From: the human T2T-CHM13v2.0 reference genome, Homo sapiens
Direction: 5' to 3' (one strand)
NCBI RefSeq assembly: GCF_009914755.1
Contig: NC_060927.1
DNA length: 64,000 bases
The notes under the pieces are model-generated. The model worked only from the letters and a program-made list of their open reading frames with translations. It did no database searches and was not told the origin of the DNA. The translations under genes were made by a program, and so were the position numbers. Shown in pieces: positions 14,500 through 27,913 of this stretch. Numbering within the stretch: the first letter of the stretch is position 1; every line of letters begins with the position of its first letter.

Positions 14500-15090
14500 T
14501 TTTTTTACTTATACAGTAATATTTGAAAATATTCTCACTGTAAAAAATTCAAACCATATAGAAAAATATAAAAACTCCCTTATCACTCCTTTTAATCCAC
14601 TTTCCTCCCCAAAAGCAATCTTTATTATCAGTTTCAGATCTTTTTCTATGCATTTAGCTACATATGCACATATACAAGCTTTGTGTTTGGGTAGGAGTCT
14701 CATGCATATGTAGAATCATAAGGTTTTATAAACTTCTCCCTTCAATTAACCATGTATCTCAGAGATAGATAGTCCCAGATAAGGAACATACCTCATCCAC
14801 TTTAAGTACTAGCATTCCACACTTTGGATATACCAACATTTATTCATCATTCCCATGGTGACTAAAATATATTGATACTCCATTTTCACTCTTACAAATC
14901 CTAGATCATATTTCTTTATGAAAAAGCACCAAGAGTTTTCAAAAATAGAATTACTAGGTTGAAGGGTATGCACAGACTGGCTTCCCAGAGTATGGAACTG
15001 TTTATTTCTCCATATCCTTAAAAATTGTGAATATTAACAGGTTTTGTTTTTCCATTTTTTTTTTTTTTTTTTTGGTTAATCTGATGATAG
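14500..15090 (-). mobile_element. Ancient L1ME fragment
   Basis: CATTCCACACTTTGGATATACCAACATTTATT...AAAATAGAATTACTAGGTTGAAGGGTATGCAC. Confidence 0.55.
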
Positions 15091-15635
15091 CACCTATTTC
15101 CTACATGACCTAAACCAGTTGAGAAATGCCCATATTTACACCTACCATGGTGTGTTGCGACTGGAACAGGTTCAAGTGAAATATACCAAGTGACTGCTAA
15201 CAGCCTCCTACCTAACTCCTTTCAGCTTACATCCCAGTAACATAAACAGGGATCCACACTGAATTCACGTTTAATTATCAGAAGACAGGGACCTTGATGA
15301 GTGTCTTCACATAAACTATCTTGTTTAATCCTCTTAGAATCCTGTGAAATAGAAACTTTTATTCCTGTTTTATGTTTGACCACAGTGAGGCAGGCCACCC
15401 AAGATCACAAGATTGTACTTGATTCCACAAAGCGCTCCACTGACCCCAAATTAAGAAACTGCCCCATACTTGCATTCGGTTTGCAGTTTTCCACTGTTAT
15501 TGCTTCTTGGTGCCTAATGTAACTACCCACATAAAAACTGAAGATGTCTCTACCTATTATTTTAGGAAAAGCTCTGGCTTTGAAAATACTGAATTTTTCT
15601 GGGAGAAGCAGCTGGTTAGAGGCAGGTAGAAATTA

Positions 15636-15953
<318 letters not shown>

Positions 15954-17073
15954 AAGAATTTGTGTATCAGCAACAAATACAAACTTTATTGGACACTCCC
16001 TCCCTTTCTTAATGAGTTCCTCAGGTTTTTTCCAGAACTAAACCAAGTCATGAAATGTCAGATAATAAAGCCCTTAAGTATTAATGTACAGTATAGGTGA
16101 ATGGCTACTGTACTTACTCTATCTTAGCGATATTTAATAATATTAAATGTTTTAAAACTATCCTATCTAAGAATGAAATAAAAGAAAGCCATGGTTTTAT
16201 TATCTTAAGAAATTTATACCACTCAACTAGCTGTACTAAGCAAAAAAAAAAAAAAAAAAAGTCACAGCACCATGGAAAATGAACACAAAAGATGCTTTCT
16301 AAAATGCTGAAAAGCATAAAATAAAAGATTAAAACATTTCACTATGCATATGTTATGCTGGAACCTTGAAGCTATCGCCTACATGAGAATGGTACTTTAA
16401 AGATTACTGAATATGTTTTCTGAAAGTATAGAATGATCGATTCATTTTTCAAACCCTTAGTGTAGTTGCACTCTTCCTTTCCCTGACAGATGACAAGGCT
16501 CAGGGAAAGCAAAGATCAGAGCTGAGGAACAACAAAAAAAGTTGGCACCTGATTCACTTCCCCTTCATGCCAACCCTGTTTTTCTCCCTTATCATACAAC
16601 AAAGCAAAAAGAAAAGTATTGAATATGAAAACCAAAAAGATTCCCCATGACTGAGCTTTGGCAAGTACAAATGCATTAGGAATGGAGCTGATTCCTGTGA
16701 CCTTTTCAATTATGATAATCCTGCAAAGAAAATTAAAATCATTTTCTAAAACATGGTCCAAGGAGTTCCATAGATAATTGAAGAAAATATTTAGGAACAT
16801 CCCTGGCATTTTTCTAAGAATGTATATACTTAGCCCAGGTCTGTTGCACACTGCAGCCATTTCAGCCATGAGTATTTGTGAGCAAAAGGTCAAATTAACT
16901 TGAGAGATATTTTTGCAAAGCCTACTTCCAGAGTTTTTGCCCTTCATTTTTTCTTTTGTATATATTTACATTTTGAAATGGGAAGACTGAAAAAGAGGGA
17001 AGCTATATACTTGTTTCTGCTTTGGTCTGAAAATTTGGTAGTTGAATGTACTTCTTTTTGAAAGCATCTTTTT

Positions 17074-17372
17074 GGCTGGGAGGAGAGGCTCATGTCTGTA
17101 GTCCCACTAACTTGATTTGGAAGGCTAAGGTGGGAGGATTGGGTGAGCCCAGGAATTTGAGAGCACCCTGGGCAACATAGGGGGACCCCAGTCTTTTAAA
17201 AAATAAAAAACTTGGCTGGGCATGGTGGCACATACCTGTAGTCCCAGCTACTCAGGGGGCTAAGGCAGGAGTGTGGCTTATGCCCAGGAGCTCAAGGCTG
17301 CAGTGAACCATGGTCATAGCACTGCATTACAGCCTAGGCAACAGACCACAACTCAAAAAGCAAACAAAAAAC
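17074..17372 (+). mobile_element. AluJ
   Basis: Diverged dimer with CCCAGGAGCTCAAGGCTGCAGTGAACCATG. Confidence 0.9.
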
Positions 17373-17664
17373 AGAATCTTTTTGTTTTGGGCATGAAAAA
17401 TAAGTGAAGAGGCTTTAGAGTTCCTAGGATCTCCACTGGATTTCTAACAAGCAAAAGTTTCCCTAAAGCATGGAAACACACACAGATTTAACTATATTTA
17501 AAGTAAAATGATCCACAAAGCTCATCCTTGCCCAATTCTCACTTAATGAATAAGAAGACTAAATACTTCAGAAAATCAAAGACTACCTTACTAATAGACT
17601 TAGATAAATGGATTTCAGTTTAGACCCAAGAAGGGAAGTCAAATCTATAGATACAGCATCTAAG

Positions 17665-17830
17665 AAGTTGAGACCTTGGTTCTCTATTCTACTCTCCCTA
17701 TTATTGGCCTTATGACCACAAGTTGGTCAGTTCGCCTCCCTAAGCCTCAGTTTCTCACAGGGAAAATAGGAATATTAGCAAATGACAGAGCAAATTCACA
17801 GGACTGCTATCATAGGATTAAATAAAACAA
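17665..17830 (+). mobile_element. MIR
   Basis: CCTCCCTAAGCCTCAGTTTCTCACAGGGAAAATAGG...AGGATTAAATAAAAC. Confidence 0.65.
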
Positions 17831-20800
17831 CACAAAAAACTGTAAAAATTATATAATACAATGTAAACAAGCAAATGGCATAATAATTATTTGTCCTTGT
17901 TCACCAAGTTAGGTTTTCAATATCAATATGCATCTCCCTACCACAGCAGGACAGAGACAGCTACAGTTACTGGAAACTATAAAATGGGTTCCAGTCAACA
18001 AAAGCCATTGGACTGCTTTCTGATTCTTCTAATAGAAAATCAGAGCATTAGTAGGAGAGAATGGGGAAAAAAAGGCTTTGCTTCAAATTTATATTTCTGT
18101 TCCTGATACCTATTAAGAGCCAGTTATGTAGCTATTAAGCTACAGCTTGCAATTTAAAATAAATAAACTGATAACAAAACCCTTAAATTTCCATCATCAG
18201 AGCAGATCAAACTACAACATATGCTACCGAGGATGCAAAGCAGCTAATGAAGACTTCAATATCAGGATTATGACCCTTAATTTCAATAGGAATGTGTTCT
18301 GTTGTTTGAGCTCACACATAACGAGAAAAAACATCACGGAAGCACAAATAAACTGTCTCATTAAAAAGCACTTTGCCTTGGTCCAAATATAATTTCGTTT
18401 TTATACAATTCAAATGCTATAGAACAAAGAAAGAGAAGGAAGAGGGATGATAAATGCAGAGGACTTGGGAGGGAAGCCTGTTCTGCAATAATTGAGATGG
18501 AAAGGAGGGTTCAACCTGCACTCCTTTGTTTGTGGAGACAAAGTCCTCAACAGCTGGCAGATAGCAGGAAGTAGAATGCTGATGGCTTTGCAGTTAGCTT
18601 CAAAACCTATTAGCAACCCTCAGATCCAAGAGCTGTACCTGCTTTGAAATAAACCAGGAAATAGGGAATAAATCATTTCTTCTGGAGGGAAAAAAATTGT
18701 TTAAAGTGATTAAAACATGCCACAGGTTTCTCACACAGGAGGAATTAAGGAAACTATTTCAGAACTTAATGGGACCTGTTAAAAAAAACAGATTTGTAAG
18801 AATTTAAAAGTAAATATTTCTTTATGCAAACTTATCATAGTGAGTATCTTTTAAATACTAAAGCTAGGGATGCACTTGCAACAGTTTTTAGGAAACGGGG
18901 GTGGAATGGGGAATCACTTCACTGAAGAAGTTTAAAGACATATTTATTCCTCTGTGGATTCCATTTCTTAAAAGACTGCCCTGAAACTTCTTCCTAAATT
19001 CTGTCATAATTCCCTAAGACAGTACCAAGGGAATTATCATTCTTTATTAGATGCCAAAGAAACATAACAAGGATCACAAATGAAACACCAGAAAATTTAT
19101 CAAATAAGATTGGATGTACAGACCCATTCTAAAGAGCATTCCTTCTCCCCCATGTTTTAAGTCAAATTTATATTAAAAATCTTGAATTTTCTAGGAATTT
19201 TAAGTACTGTCCCCTAATTTTCCATTAATAAGCACGCTCATGAGTATGAAAAAAATATTTATTTACATGCATTTATTATAATGGGCCAAGAAAATATTTC
19301 TATGTAAAGGTACTATCTTCCTATTAATCTGTAGTTTTTTTGCTTTTTTTGTAAGGGTTGAAAGAAAGAGAAAAGCAACAGATTGCAGGTGGGGATAGAG
19401 GCAAAGAGAGATAAACGGTAGAGAAACCAGTTCTGAAATGTCAGGGAATTGCCTGGAGAGAGTTAAATATACTGTTTCTGCGGACCCATTCCCAGATAGG
19501 TACCGCCTATTCCTACATATGAAGAGAGAAGAGATGAGTTATATTCATGACTAGTAGGAGTTAGTTTATCTTGCTTCTGTTTTTTAATTTTACTCTAAGA
19601 CAAAGGGACTGCTATAAAAGAGGAAGAAGTGGAGCTTACTCTAATTACTCTTTATTATTCTCTTGATCATCATCACCTCTAGTAATTTTGTAATTCATTA
19701 CAGTAATTTATCTAAGTTTCCAAGGATTTTAATATGTTCTTTAGCTCCTAGGTAGAGAAAAATTGTGGTAACAATCAAATGACTAATCACAATTATTGGT
19801 TAGGAAAATGAAAATCACAATGCAATCATTATAAAAACAGGGTGTGTATGTAATTACACTAAAACTTCATTGATTTAGGCCATTATTAATATTTGGTAAC
19901 AACTAAAAATATGTATTATCTTTCACGTTTTATTTCTTCCCAGCTTCTCCAGTATGAATAAGAATGTATACAAGAGGATGTTAATGAAAACAATCTTACA
20001 GCATCACATGGTATTAAATAGATTTTTATCTGTAGCTGTATATTTCAAATAAAATTGATATTTTGCTTATTTTCAGAGGAAATTTGTTTAAAATCCTATA
20101 ATATTTCATGTTGGCTTCAAACTCTATATATTTCACCCCAAACCGTTTCTCAGTACATACTTACATCCTTTTTTCATTAACATGTTCACAAAACCCATTT
20201 GGGTCCTTATTTTTCTGCAAAGTACATATTATTTCCAGGCATGTTCTATATTCGTGTGTATGTATGTTTGCTTCTCCCCAATCCACATAATCTTCATGAG
20301 ATAAATTATATTGCCTTCTTCACTACTATCTGTAGCTTCAACACTTAGAACAATGCCTTGCAGAGAGCAGGTACTTGAGGCAAAGTTGACTGCTTAGATA
20401 ACTCCAATACCTCTTCACCTCTTCCCATCAGTAACTATATTATTTATTTTTAGCTGAGCACAGGGATCCCCGAAATAAAGACCACATCTTCTAATTTCAA
20501 GTTGACTGCTTTTGCCCCTTCTTCTCTCTTTCATTCTTTCTATTGGTTAGAAGATGGTCATAATGGCTGAAAACTCTATTAGACAGCACTGCTTTCAGTC
20601 CTTCTTCCTCATACAAACACATATGTTCATATATATATATTTATATAAACACATACACATATGTGAACATCTCCCCAAGCTTCTCCATCTCCTTGCTTTT
20701 TGTCAGCATATTAACACACCAGGAGAAGTAGATGTTAGTCTAATCTCCAAGCCACTAGGTCTTTACTTGAATTGATAGGCACATTTTCAAGTGAACCACA

Positions 20801-23259
20801 ATGGCCTTGAATCAGCGTTCTCATTTTATCAGTGTGATGTCAATATTCAGTCCAAAACTAAAAAAAAAAAAAAAATTAGATTTGGGCCACTCATATTTAA
20901 CACTGAATATGAAGCAAATGGATTGTTCGCCTTTGGGAGGGTGGTCTATGATTAAACAGAAATACAGGGTTACCTCTAAGCAGCTTCATTTTGCTCACTT
21001 GGATAACTATCTGGTTAAGTGGTATTCACAGATGGGAAAAGAGTTAACACTCAATGAATGCTATGTTGTCATTAATTCAACAACTGAACAAAAGGGACAA
21101 GATCCCCACACTCATAAAGCTAACATTCTAGTGGGGCAAACAAAGAAACAAATAACATCAACAAACCACACTCAATTGGTTTCTTCAGAGAATGTAACAC
21201 TACTGACAAATTAGTATTGTCAAGAACTACTGGCCATGGAGAGGCGATGGGGAGAGCTTGACCTGTGCCTGCATACACTCTAGGGACTGAGCTTAAAATC
21301 TTGACTTTAAGCTCAACAAATGGCTACATCTTTTGACCAAATTCCATCATGCTTTAAGCTCCACGGTTTAAGCCCCTGAAGTCCTTTAGAAGATAGAGGC
21401 AACGGCTCTTATTTAATCTATAGACACCAGTTCAACAGCAGAAACTATTATCTTGAACAGGGTAACACCTACAACCGTGAGGAATGATAACCACCTTCTT
21501 AAACGTTGAAGATATAATCTGTACGACAGTGGCAGGTGATGCTTTACATTGTTTTATAATATTATCCCACCACCCAGTTCTAAAATAAACTTTAACTTTT
21601 TTGTTTTTTAAAGCCAGGAAAGGAGATAAAGAATCAATGAAAGGTCAACACAGAACAGACAGAAAGTACCAGATGTGCTCTCTAAATTATGTTCTGTAAG
21701 AGTCAGCAGGGAGAACAGAAATAATTTATTTCAGGAATCCTGACGTTACCATCATGTACACTCGGTTAAATGGTTTGTATAGCTGAAAAACTCAGACAGG
21801 TCTTACACCATTCTCCTTTACTTCTACCACTTAGAGAAATTCAATCAAAGGCTGAGGTTAAAGATACCAGTTCCCATCAAGCCAGTATATATATTAAAAG
21901 TGGCTTTTCTGATCACAGCAATTCTCAGGCAGTTTAGGTGTAGTGATAAACCTAAAAATATAATCTGACAAATTTTCAACTGTTCATTCTAATGTTCAAT
22001 ACTTCAGTTATTATACTTCATATTTTCCCTATAAATGTCAAGGAAAGGGAATTGTCTATAGGATACACACATACCTATATACACATAAATGTATGGGGGG
22101 AGGGATGGAATTTCCATTAAATAAAGAGAGAAGGATAAAAGGTCACACAATTGTCACTTTCTAAAAATAATTTCCCAGGATCTATAATTTCTCAGAGCTG
22201 TAGTAAATTAGTCACTTAAACTTATTAAAACCAAAAATTTAAGGAATACCTCTGAATATAACTCAGAATAATGTAACAAGATAATCATGAGCCTTTACAA
22301 GATTTCATGTTGATTAACAGTAAATAGCTTTTTTACTGACTGATTTCTGCTTCCAAATGACACCGCCTAAACAAACTTTGTTGCCACAGAAGCCACAAAA
22401 TTGTAAGGCAATGAATTTCTGAATTGGGGCCTCAATGAGAAGTTTGATTTTTAGGATCTTGAGTGTTCTGAATTGTGCTCAACAGTATTTACCACACGTG
22501 TTGCTTGTTTATGAGACAGAGACTACAAACATCTTGAATGGGACTTTTATTTAAAATTCTAGATGTTTCACATTTATATTTTAAAGCAAAAGATCTTACA
22601 TTTGATCAGCGTGGCTTTTAATTTTAGTTATGATTATTTAAAAATATGCTAAGATATTCCTGACATCTCAAAAGAACAAATTATTACTGTCTGTCAATGC
22701 ATTTTTAGAAAAACTGTATCATAAAAAATGTATAGCTTCATATAATTAAAACATTCAGGTAGTGTGCATTGACTAAAGTAATATGGACTATTAAGTAATT
22801 CAAAATTGTGTTTAGCGGCAGCAGCTGTTTAATTAAAAGGTAAAAACTGCAACTAATCCACTATGGTTGACAGAAATACAGCCTATATCAGCAGTCAGAT
22901 CCCCTAGGATAGAGAATATGGATATGAATTCAAGAAGTCATGAGCTTCATTTAATGAATATAATGAAAATAACCACAATAAATCAGTACTGAAACATACT
23001 TTATATCTAAAATTATCTGTATGTTGGCCCACTTTTAATTTCCTTGTAGCTAATAATTTTGCATTTCGATGTAGCAAAAAATCCTTTAACATACATATTG
23101 TCAACCATCAATGCACACAGCTTTTATCAGAGGGCCCATAGCATAAGCTCAACTTATAAGGAGGCTAGAAATGTTCTTAGAATCAGATGATCCCTTCAAA
23201 GTTCTAAACTTCAGGGTTCAATATTCAAAGTACTCACTCATAATTACCTTCTATCATGG

Positions 23260-23800
23260 AGAAATACAAAATGGCCAATAAGCTCATAAAGTTAATCAAC
23301 CTTACCAACAAGTGACTAACTGAACATTACAATTTCATTACAAAATTATTTTCACCTACGATATTAGGGGAAAAACCTTTTTGTTAATTGAAAAAAGAAA
23401 CTAGTGATGTTGAGGATGATATAGTCATTTGTAAAGATAATCAAGCAATATATATGATATTCCCAGCCCTTGATCCAGAACTTCCAATTCTAGTGGAATT
23501 ACACAAGTGGGCAAAACTTTATGTACAAAAATATTTATTGCAGAAATGTTTTTAATATCAGGAAAATGTTTAAAAATATAAATCAATATTGGCAACTGAT
23601 CCAGAAACTATGGTAAGCATACAGTGAACAATTATCTGGGCATTAACAAGAACTGGAAAAAAACTATCTGTATGTACATTTTATGTGACAAAACCAAAAC
23701 AAGCCATTGGACAATAAATGCAGAATAAATTCATTTTTATACAATGAATAATTGTAAAATCAAAAGATATAAAAAAAATTTTCTTAAATTTGCCTATGCT
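23260..23800 (+). mobile_element. Ancient L1ME fragment
   Basis: GAAATACAAAATGGCCAATAAGC...TGATCCAGAACTTCCAATTCTAG...ATGTACAAAAATATTTATTGCAG. Confidence 0.6.
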
Positions 23801-24732
23801 TATGTTAAAGTAAACTGTTTAATTCCCTTCATAATTTTCTGCTTAAAAAATGCTTATTTTTATATTGTTTACCCTGGCTGTGCTTTAGGAAATAGATCAG
23901 AAGTATGGAATGAGGCAGACCAGTAAAGAGGCATTGCAGTAATACAGGCAAATGAGGTAGAAATGGAAATGTAGAGAAAAACAAAATTATAAATGGCAAA
24001 TAAATGAATTCTTTTTAGAACAGTTATACTAAAATAAAAAGTCTACCTCCAGCAAATATATATAGAGAGTTATCTTTGAAGGAGGAAAACCAAATCATTT
24101 CAACAGTGTTCTTTTATTTCCAGGAGGGGAAAAATGTCCTATTAAAATGGCAGAAGAGAAAAGGGGAAGGAAGGGGAAGGGTCTCTCTTTTACTTTACAA
24201 ACTAGAAACAAACAGTTCACAGGTTTCTTAACATTCGTATCAAATGTCCCGTGGATTTTATTTGCAAATTATGAGGCCAGCAAAGCAGAAAACGGGAGTC
24301 TTTAATTAGGAAGAACAGGTGGCTGAGAGGCACAAGGTGAGTATTAGCCACATCTCTGCCTGGTGCCAAAAAACACAGATCCGACCTGCAGAACAAATTT
24401 TAAGGGTGAGAGCGTAACTGTCTCCAGTTGGAGTGGAGCTTGAGTGGAGCTCAAGCTCTGTATTCAGCTTTTCTGAATTATATTTACTCCTATTTAAAGT
24501 GAAATGGTTTGCTCTTCAGCTTTGGTTGGAATTTACCAATTACAAATTATTGACCTTCTTCATATTGACATTCTCCACACAGTCTACAATCCTCTCTGCT
24601 GCAGTTGAAGCAAATTCTTGACCTGCCAAATGTTCCTGTTTCTCTTACTGGGTTTTCAAAATGATTCTCCTAAACAGCTGATTACGTATTTTAAGTTAGA
24701 ATGACAATATAGGGCTTATAAAAGTGGAACAC

Positions 24733-25020
24733 AGAGGATTTTCAGTGCATTGAAACTATTCTGTATGATACTCTAATGGTAGATTACATGCAAGTAACTA
24801 TTTGTCCAAACTCATCGAACATACATCACTAAGAGTGAACCCTAATAGAAACTATGGACTTTGGGTGTCAATGATGTGTCAGCTCATCAACTGTAACAAA
24901 TGTGACACTCTGATAGGGAATATTGATAAGTATATGTGGAAGGGGAGGGAGTATTCGGGATGACTCTGTACCTTCTGCTAAATTTTGCTATAAACCTAAA
25001 ACTGTTCTACCAAGTAAGGC
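24733..25020 (+). mobile_element. L1MC-like 3' end
   Basis: GAAACTATTCTGTATGATACT...AAGAGTGAACCCTAAT...CTCTGTACCTTCTGCTAAATTTTGCTATAAACCTAAAACTG. Confidence 0.85.
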
Positions 25021-25037
25021 CTATTAAGAAGTGCTCA

Positions 25038-25157
25038 GAGCTGGGTATGGTGGTGTGCACCTGTAATCCTAGCTACTTGGGAATCTGAGGCAGGAGGATC
25101 ACTTGTGCCCTGAAGTTTAAGGCCAGCCTGGGCAAATATCACAAGACCTTGCATCGG
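25038..25157 (+). mobile_element. FLAM (Alu monomer)
   Basis: Single ~120-bp arm GCTGGGTATGGTGGTGTGCACCTGTAATCC...CAAGACCTTGCATC. Confidence 0.85.
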
Positions 25158-25262
25158 AAAGAAGAAGAAAGAAGAAAGAAGATAGAAGACAGAAGAAGAA
25201 AGAAAGAAGAAGGAAGAAGATGATGAAGATGAAGATGAAGATGAAGAAGAAGAAGAAAAGAA
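25158..25262 (+). repeat. Interrupted (GAA)n/(GATGAA)n purine-rich tract derived from the FLAM tail
   Basis: Seen directly. Confidence 0.9.
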
Positions 25263-25489
25263 ACTTAAAAACCACTTATACATAGATACATATTTTTTAA
25301 AGCTTTTCTGTCATTAAATGTTTTGGGTTTACAAAATTAAACATTTGGCATTCTTGCTCAAAAACAGCAGTAATCTTATCTTAAAGTTCATAATAATCAT
25401 ATACGCCCAGCCTCTGGCTCTCAACTTATGAGTCTCACATTTAGGCAAATTTTTATGAATTGAACCAATGGCATTTCATAGTAACGTAA

Positions 25490-25690
25490 GTTCATGTCCA
25501 AGTGCCACAGCTTGCCACTTGCTTGATTTTAGGCAATTTTCATAACATCTTATGCCTCAGTTTCCTCATCTCTAAAATGAGAGAAATTCACATATCTACT
25601 TCACTGAGTTGTGACAATTAAATGAAAGAATGCAGTTAGGAGCTCAGTGAAGGGCTTAGCACACAGTAAAGACTTAAGAAATGTTAACTC
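25490..25690 (+). mobile_element. MIR
   Basis: GCCTCAGTTTCCTCATCTCTAAAATGAG...TTAGCACACAGTAAAGACTTAAGAAATGTTAAC. Confidence 0.85.
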
Positions 25691-26496
25691 TTTTTGTTAT
25701 GACTAACTACAACTTAATGTAAAAGGGAACTACAAGTAATTTTTTAAATCGATAAGCACATGGAGCCTTCGAGGAGAAAACATGACACCTTCAAAAATGA
25801 ATATGCAAGGTTTGGAATTCGTTACTTCAGAGTAGAATTTTACCAGGTTAGAGGAATGACTTATAACCATATCTAAAAATTGTCATTCTTCAGTGCATTG
25901 CTCTTCATCTGCATTTGAAGCTGCCTCGTTATAAAAAAGCTGTAAAACGTCCTCAAAGTAACTTTAGTTCTTCCCCCTAAGAGTTCAAAATCCACTCCCT
26001 AGGTTTGTTCTTTGGTACAAAAACCTTCAAAAGCTGATTTGCTGATGATAACAAATTTGTTTTCAGAAATAATATTCCTGATCTGAGGTGATAAACAATT
26101 CAGAACTTTCATATCATTGGGGAATTACATTTAAGAGATCAACTGGGGATCTGTGAAATAAGAAGCATTTACCTTGCTAGAGGAATGCTAGCCTGCATTT
26201 AATTGTATAATATTTCCCCTTCAGGGTGTATGAGACAGCGTGTTGGAAAATGGAATGATTCTTGGCTTTATTCAGAAAGAGAACAAAGGAGAGAAGGCAG
26301 GTAAAGGACACAGCACCATGGAAATGACATTTCGTTTCCATTTGAATTCTAAAGTACTGAACTTTTAAAATCTTCATTTGAAGAAACTCTGAGAAATTTG
26401 TCAGGAGGGAGTAAGAAAAATGATATAGCCTACCACTTAAGATAGGGTGCCAAAAAACATTAACAATTGTTCAACCTAAATGGTTAGTATTCAGGT

Positions 26497-27002
26497 TGAA
26501 GGGTGGCAGAATATGCCACCCCTACATATGCCACTTTAGCATAAGGATTATTTTGAGCTAAAGGCACTTAAAAAACAGCAGGTGCTAGAAGGGCGCTGTG
26601 ACTCACCCCTTTTTCTTCCCGAATGCAGGGATAAAACCCCAATACAGAAGATGTCCTCTTTATACCAGAAGGAAAGTCACATTTTTATCATCAAGGATGA
26701 AAAGGTGAGACCTGGAGAATGCTGCACAAAGATACCATGTGAAAATAATTCTTATCTTCCTTTAGCCTGCCTACAGAGTTCACTTACTTTTCCACAATTG
26801 CATCTTTTCAGTCAATCGAATATAAAAGCATCTAGGTTTTGCCATTTCTTTATGTCTTCATTTCCTAATGAGGGCTCCATAAAACTTCTATTAAGTATAT
26901 TTGCATGCTTTTCTTCTGTTAAACTGTTTTACATCAGTTTAATTCTCAGGCCCAGCCAAAAAACTCTAACAAGGCAGGGGTAGAATTTTTGCCTTCCTCA
27001 CA
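26497..27002 (+). mobile_element. MER34-family ERV1 solo LTR
   Basis: TG...CA ends; GCAGAATATGCCACCCC...GCATAAGGATTATTTTGAGCT; 4-bp TSD AGGT. Confidence 0.85.
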
Positions 27003-27486
27003 AGGTGTTCGTTTTTCTATTCTTGAAACTTTCCGTAAGTTTCACAATTTTTATAAACAAAAGTTGGGGGAATGAACTATTACTAAAAAATCTGGAAGAC
27101 AAAATTCTGTTCTCATTTGACACACCGAGTATCTATTTACACTTTTCTCGGAAACAGCGTCTTCTCCTCCTCCACAAAACCCACGTGCTCTGAGGGAGGC
27201 TGACTCCATCACTTGGGCTATAAGGATAAGCCACAGCTCTGGTGAGGACAACTGGCAAAATCCCATCACCCTGTTCATTTGATTGGCTCAGGGGATGAGT
27301 GAGAGATGAAAGTTGGACCAATAAGGATGAAGGATTTTTTTTTTCAACAGTTATCAGAAGAGCCTTTCCATTTTCCTACAAGACATGAATGGACAAATTA
27401 GAAAGGCCCAGTGCCAGGAGTGACATTAGAACCATGATCTGAGAGTCTCCTGGAGACTGGGCACAATATCAAGGAAATACAGCCAA

Positions 27487-27488
<2 letters not shown>

Positions 27489-27531
<43 letters not shown>
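27489..27531. repeat. (CA)~21 microsatellite
   Basis: Seen directly. Confidence 0.97.
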
Positions 27532-27533
<2 letters not shown>

Positions 27534-27561
27534 GAGAAGGGGGAAGGAAAAAGAGGGAGAG

Positions 27562-27913
27562 TGTATTAATCTGTTCTCACACTGCTAATAAAGACATACC
27601 TAAGACTGGGCAATTTATAAAGGAAAGAGATTTAGTGGACTCACAGTTCCACATGGCTGAGGAGGCCTCACACGCATGCCAGGTGAATCAAGAGCAAAGT
27701 CACACCTTACATGGCAGCAGGAAGGAGAGCCTGTACAGAGAAACTCCTGTTTATAAAACCATCAGATCTTGTGAGACTTATTCACTACCACAAGAACAGT
27801 ATGGGGAAACTGCCCCCACGATTTAATTATCTCCACCTGTCCCTGCTCTTGACACATGGAGATTATTGCTATTCAAGGTGAGATCTGGGTAGGGACATAA
27901 CCAAACCATATCA
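27562..27913 (-). mobile_element. THE1 (C/D) solo LTR
   Basis: TGTATTAATCTGTTCTCACACTGCTAATAAAGAC...CCAAACCATATCA; TSD GAGA(G/A). Confidence 0.92.

Noticed and set aside
16516-16947. 143-aa minus-strand ORF, the longest non-repeat ORF, with an internal acceptor near 16721
   Set aside because: No recognisable domain, composition typical of T-rich DNA and no matching donor; this length is expected by chance
25035-25283. Poly-Ser ORF
   Set aside because: Translation of the TTC/TCA repeat plus the FLAM
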